The notes under the pieces were generated by a model, which saw only the letters and a program-made list of their open reading frames with translations, searched no databases and had not been told where the DNA came from. A stretch of 48,620 nucleotides of DNA from Betaproteobacteria bacterium (GTDB lineage: Bacteria; Pseudomonadota; Gammaproteobacteria; Burkholderiales; JAYUZG01). The position numbers and the translations under genes were made by a program. Every line of letters begins with the position of its first letter. Within the stretch, counting starts at the first letter, position 1. This document shows positions 44,724 to 48,620 of the stretch, piece by piece. The DNA lies in NCBI GenBank assembly GCA_043751985.1, contig JAYUZG010000038.1, positions 1 to 48,620 of the forward strand, given 5' to 3'.

Positions 44724-46390
44724 ACCGATCCAAGTTTTCGGAACAGCCTATAGCGCTCCACATTGTCACCGGGACGCGCGCCCTGCCAAACCAGCTCCCA
44801 ACCTGACTCCACCGTGATCGTGCTTTTCCAGGAGTCTTGCACCAGTAACAGATCGCAATCGCGCCGCGCCGCCGGATTGTCTTTGCGCATGGTCAGAATC
44901 GCCGCGTAGTAGTGCACCATGGCGCGTTGCGCTTCGCCCAGATTCTCGCTGGCTAGGCACTGGTAGCGCGCCGGCATGGCGGAGTGCATTGAATTTACCA
45001 TCCAGCGATAACTTTTCCCGGTATCCGCATAACCGACCATCAATAGAATGAGCGTGGACCACACCGCAGTCACACCGGCAGTCCACACGATAACCGGGCG
45101 CTCGGCGGTGCGCCGCACGTTAAACAGCAAAGTAAACCAGGCGACGGTATAGGCCGCCGCAGACGCGATGATGCCGGGGTGGGTGTCAGGAACATAGCCC
45201 GGTTGCATATCACTCATGTGCTGCGCGAGACGCGCGGGAAAACCGAATTCGATGGCGCCAAAGTAAAACCAGATCACGAATAACAGAAAACTAAACAGCA
45301 TGATGGAAAACCAGAACCACGCGTTGGCTGCGCCGCGTGGCAAAGAGTGGGTCGCATGCGTCGCCAATAGCGCCAACGGCACCAGAAGGGGAAGGCCTTG
45401 CACGTCACGACCGCTGCCCTCGACCGATAAGGCCAGCAACTCAACTACCAAGAATACCAATGGCACGAGCAGCGCGCGATTGGCGAGAATGCTGCGCCGG
45501 GAACCCCATAACGCCAACGCGGCCAAGGGCAGCGCAGGCCAAGCGAACCACGGCAAGATGCGCAAATAATAAAACGGCCGATCCTCCGGGTCCAAGCTAA
45601 ACATTCCAGCGACTCGCTCGATTGATCCGGAAAACAGCCAGTGCGAAAACAGTTCCGGCGAGCGTAGGTAAAGCAAGCACGGCCAAACGCAGAGCCAAGG
45701 CAAGGCGGCGGCAAGCGTGATGCCGGCCAATGCGGCATGGGCGCCGGGCCGAGCCTGGCCTAGCAACAGCACGGAAATCGCAGCCGAGATTACAACGACC
45801 ATTGATTCGACCGACCCTTGGGTCATAAATACCAGGCCAATTCCGCTCCCCAGCAGAATGCCCCCCCATAGCAATCGGCGCGCGGAGAGGGCCAATGCGT
45901 AGAGAGACAAGGCATAGCCCATCAGATGCGCGAGGTCGGCAACCAACTGGTGTGAGCGCACCAACAATCCGGTGCAACCCAACAACATCAAGGTGGCGAC
46001 CCATCCGCGATTAGGTCCCAACAATTCACGTGCGGTCAACGCAATCAGCAGCAGTGTCCCGCCCATGAACAAGCCGCTGGCTAAGCGCACCGCGTCATGC
46101 AGTTCGAGTGGAGGAGAAAACGCCGAGCCGATCGCGCCGGCAATCAGGTAAAACAGAGGAGGGTGACTCAGAAACGGTTCACCCGCCAACCGCGGCACAA
46201 CCCAATCGCCACTGCGCAACATCTGGTAAACGGCGCCGAAAGTGGACGCCTCGTCGGGTTTCCATGGCTCGTGCCCGACCAGGCCCGGCAGAATAAATGC
46301 CGCGCACAACAAGCATGCGAAATGTACCGGACGCGCACTAACCAGCGCGGTCAGTCGTTCAATTCTTAAGAGGTGCGCGGGATGCAGCAT
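44720..46390 (-). CDS. ArnT/PMT-family (GT-C) membrane glycosyltransferase
   Basis: PWKPDE, GDWVVP.L.GEPFL..PPL.Y motifs, many TMs; usual neighbour of rpmE in Betaproteobacteria. Confidence 0.85.
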   Translation of the reverse strand: MLHPAHLLRIERLTALVSARPVHFACLLCAAFILPGLVGHEPWKPDEASTFGAVYQMLRSGDWVVPRLAGEPFLSHPPLFYLIAGAIGSAFSPPLELHDAVRLASGLFMGGTLLLIALTARELLGPNRGWVATLMLLGCTGLLVRSHQLVADLAHLMGYALSLYALALSARRLLWGGILLGSGIGLVFMTQGSVESMVVVISAAISVLLLGQARPGAHAALAGITLAAALPWLCVWPCLLYLRSPELFSHWLFSGSIERVAGMFSLDPEDRPFYYLRILPWFAWPALPLAALALWGSRRSILANRALLVPLVFLVVELLALSVEGSGRDVQGLPLLVPLALLATHATHSLPRGAANAWFWFSIMLFSFLLFVIWFYFGAIEFGFPARLAQHMSDMQPGYVPDTHPGIIASAAAYTVAWFTLLFNVRRTAERPVIVWTAGVTAVWSTLILLMVGYADTGKSYRWMVNSMHSAMPARYQCLASENLGEAQRAMVHYYAAILTMRKDNPAARRDCDLLLVQDSWKSTITVESGWELVWQGARPGDNVERYRLFRKLGSV

Positions 46391-46468
46391 CGAAAATGCA
46401 TGGGGACTACAAGCATGATCCGGTGGCGAGTGCGAGCCGCGATTCTATGCTTACCACGAAGCGGAAAC

Positions 46469-46497
46469 AAAAAAGGCAGCACGGGCTGCCTTTTTTT
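46469..46497. terminator. Intrinsic terminator downstream of rpmE
   Basis: AAAAAAGGCAGC-ACGG-GCTGCCTTTTTTT. Confidence 0.85.
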
Positions 46498-46514
46498 CCG
46501 ACACGCCGCGATCG

Positions 46515-46739
46515 CTAAGCGGCTGCGGCCTTAGCCCCAGTCTTGCCGTATTTCTGCCGGAATTTCTCCACTCGCCCGGCGGTGTCCATAATTTTTTGCT
46601 TGCCGGTATAGAACGGGTGGCATTGCGAGCAGACTTCCACGTGCAATTCCTTACCCAGCGTGGAACGCGTCTGAAAGACGCTGCCGCAAGAGCAAGTGAC
46701 CTTGATCTCGGTGTACTTAGGATGGCCTTCAGTCTTCAT
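46515..46739 (-). CDS. rpmE: 50S ribosomal protein L31 (zinc-binding type)
   Basis: [21 protein letters not shown] and GRVEKF motifs. Confidence 0.97.
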   Translation of the reverse strand: MKTEGHPKYTEIKVTCSCGSVFQTRSTLGKELHVEVCSQCHPFYTGKQKIMDTAGRVEKFRQKYGKTGAKAAAA

Positions 46740-46877
46740 GGTGTGTCCTTTGATCGCTATGAGGCGATTTCCGACCGCCTCCGATTGATCCCGTAGTAAC
46801 GCTTACGGGAAAGGGGCGCGATTATGCCTGCGTGGATGGGCGATAGCAAGCACTGCACCGGTCGCGTTAAGCCGGCA

Positions 46878-48152
46878 CTAACCCCGCCGCATTGAATCGA
46901 AGAAATCCGCGTTATTTTTGGTTGAACGCAGCTTGTCCACCAAGAACTCGGTTGCTTCCATTTCGTCCATCGGGTACAGCAGTTTTCTCAGCACCCAGAC
47001 TTTCTGCAGGATTTCTTTGTTGATCAGCAGCTCTTCGCGACGCGTACCGGAGCGGTTCACGTTGATCGACGGATAAATCCGCTTTTCCGCCATGCGCCGG
47101 TCCAGGTGAATTTCCATGTTGCCGGTGCCCTTGAATTCTTCGTAGATCACATCGTCCATGCGCGAGCCGGTGTCGACCAGCGCGGTTGCGATGATGGTTA
47201 AGCTACCGCCTTCCTCGATATTGCGCGCCGCGCCGAAGAAACGCTTGGGGCGGTGCAGCGCGTTGGCGTCCACACCGCCGGTCAATACCTTGCCGGACGA
47301 GGGAACCACGGTGTTGTAAGCACGCGCCAATCTGGTAATGGAATCGAGCAGGATGACGACGTCCTTCTTGTGCTCGACCAGGCGCTTGGCTTTTTCCAGC
47401 ACCATCTCGGCAACCTGCACATGGCGGCTGGCGGGTTCGTCGAAGGTGGAGGCAACCACTTCGCCGCGCACCGTGCGCGCCATGTCGGTAACTTCTTCCG
47501 GCCGCTCGTCGATCAAAAGCACGATCAGGAAGGCTTCGGGGTGGTTGGCGGCGATCGATTTGGCGATCGATTGCAGCATGATGGTTTTGCCGGTGCGCGG
47601 CTGGGCGACGATCAACGCGCGCTGGCCTTTGCCAATCGGCGCCACCAGGTCGATCACCCTCGGGATCATGTCCCGCGTGGCACCCTTGGCGAGCTCAGTA
47701 TATTCCATTTCCATGTTGAGCCGCTGGTCGGGATATAAAGGCGTCAGATTGTCGAAATTGATCCGATGCTTCACCGCCTCGGGCGGCTCGAAATTGATCT
47801 GGTTCAGCTTCAGCAGGGCGAAATACCGCTCGCCATCCTTCGGCGCGCGGATCTGGCCTTCCACCGTGTCCCCGGTGCGCAAGCCGTAGCGCCGCACCTG
47901 GCTCGGGCTGACATAGATATCGTCCGGACCAGGTAGGTAGTTGGATTGCGGGCTGCGCAAATAGCCGAACCCGTCGGACATGATCTCCAGCGTGCCTTCG
48001 CCGTAGATCGCCTGGTCGTTGTCGGCAAGGTTCTTCAGGATTGCGAACATCATGTCCTGCTTGCGCAGAGATGACGCGTTTTCGATCTGAAGCGATTCCG
48101 CAAAGCTCAGCAGATCCGCCGGGGCTTTTGCCTTGAGTTCGGCAAGATGCAT
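46878..48152 (-). CDS. rho: Transcription termination factor Rho (apparently mosaic)
   Basis: [36 protein letters not shown] and EEFKGTGN motifs. Confidence 0.98.
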   Translation of the reverse strand: MHLAELKAKAPADLLSFAESLQIENASSLRKQDMMFAILKNLADNDQAIYGEGTLEIMSDGFGYLRSPQSNYLPGPDDIYVSPSQVRRYGLRTGDTVEGQIRAPKDGERYFALLKLNQINFEPPEAVKHRINFDNLTPLYPDQRLNMEMEYTELAKGATRDMIPRVIDLVAPIGKGQRALIVAQPRTGKTIMLQSIAKSIAANHPEAFLIVLLIDERPEEVTDMARTVRGEVVASTFDEPASRHVQVAEMVLEKAKRLVEHKKDVVILLDSITRLARAYNTVVPSSGKVLTGGVDANALHRPKRFFGAARNIEEGGSLTIIATALVDTGSRMDDVIYEEFKGTGNMEIHLDRRMAEKRIYPSINVNRSGTRREELLINKEILQKVWVLRKLLYPMDEMEATEFLVDKLRSTKNNADFFDSMRRG

Positions 48153-48276
48153 CGTTTGGCCTCAAAAATGGGGAAAAAGCAGGGCGGCGATGCCGAGGCA
48201 GGTCACGCTGCGGAAAAGGAATGCCAATACGGCATCGTGTTCTTGTAGAACGGCATTGCACCGTCCCGTATAAAAT

Positions 48277-48305
48277 ATTTAGGCTTTTGGGTTGGTAAGG
48301 TCAAG
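48277..48305 (-). promoter_or_regulatory. Putative rho promoter of alphaproteobacterial style
   Basis: Minus strand CTTGAC-N17-CTAAAT. Confidence 0.45.
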
Positions 48306-48306
48306 C

Positions 48307-48342
48307 GAAGCGCTTCTTTTTGGAAAAAGAAGCAAAAACTTT
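48307..48342. repeat. Palindromic REP-like element
   Basis: GCTTCTTTTT-GG-AAAAAGAAGC followed by AAAAACTTT, resembling the dispersed repeat common in Acetobacteraceae genomes. Confidence 0.6.
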
Positions 48343-48358
48343 CTCTCCGTAAGGGGTT

Positions 48359-48619
48359 TTAAAAACCCATTGCTTCGGCGTAGAGCCGGTGGAAGTGATG
48401 CACTGCCGCCTCCGTTGTCTGGCCGCCGGCAGGGTCGTGCACGAAGCGGCCCGCTGTGTAGCCACGCGATCCCAAGCCTCGCTGCACGGACTCGCAAATC
48501 GCGACGTCCTCCGGGCCTAGCACATCAACGCTGTAGGCCGTTCGCTGTGAGTCCGGCTTAGCACCGGGCAGCGCAAAGGCGTGGAACTGTCGGATCGCCG
48601 AGGTTGCCGTCAACGGCAG
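48359..48619 (-). CDS. Rieske ring-hydroxylating oxygenase alpha subunit, C-terminal part (truncated by window end)
   Basis: ED.AICESVQRGL.SRGY..GR and E.AVHHFH motifs. Confidence 0.85.
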   Translation of the reverse strand: MPLTATSAIRQFHAFALPGAKPDSQRTAYSVDVLGPEDVAICESVQRGLGSRGYTAGRFVHDPAGGQTTEAAVHHFHRLYAEAMGF

Positions 48620-48620
48620 C

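Overview
Mostly ordinary betaproteobacterial chromosome. From left to right: the end of an ISL3-family insertion sequence (transposase 5' part plus a divergent passenger ORF) that appears to have cut off the start of a photolyase gene; the dolP-gmhA-yraN-lpoA/rsmI cluster; pyrC; sugar-acid catabolism genes; a complete glycogen cluster (pgm, glgA, glgP, glgB, glgX, malQ, glgC); maeB; housekeeping genes; a PAS-GGDEF-EAL protein; PHA-related genes (phaM-like, phasin, bktB); hslR/hslO; an ArnT-like glycosyltransferase; rpmE; and rho. I saw no CRISPR array, tRNA or rRNA, and no clearly novel multi-gene system. The most notable points are: (1) rho looks chimeric, with an alphaproteobacterial (Acetobacteraceae-like) N-terminal part and upstream DNA joined to a betaproteobacterial C-terminal part, which is either a mis-assembly or a cross-class recombination; (2) a candidate 3'-UTR sRNA behind the phasin gene displays the exact anti-Shine-Dalgarno heptamer ACCUCCU in a hairpin loop; (3) the ISL3 insertion in the first codons of phrB; (4) a 48-bp biotin-carboxylase relic between pgm and glgA; (5) several uncharacterised small ORFs. 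All family assignments are from motif recognition by eye; no database searches were run.
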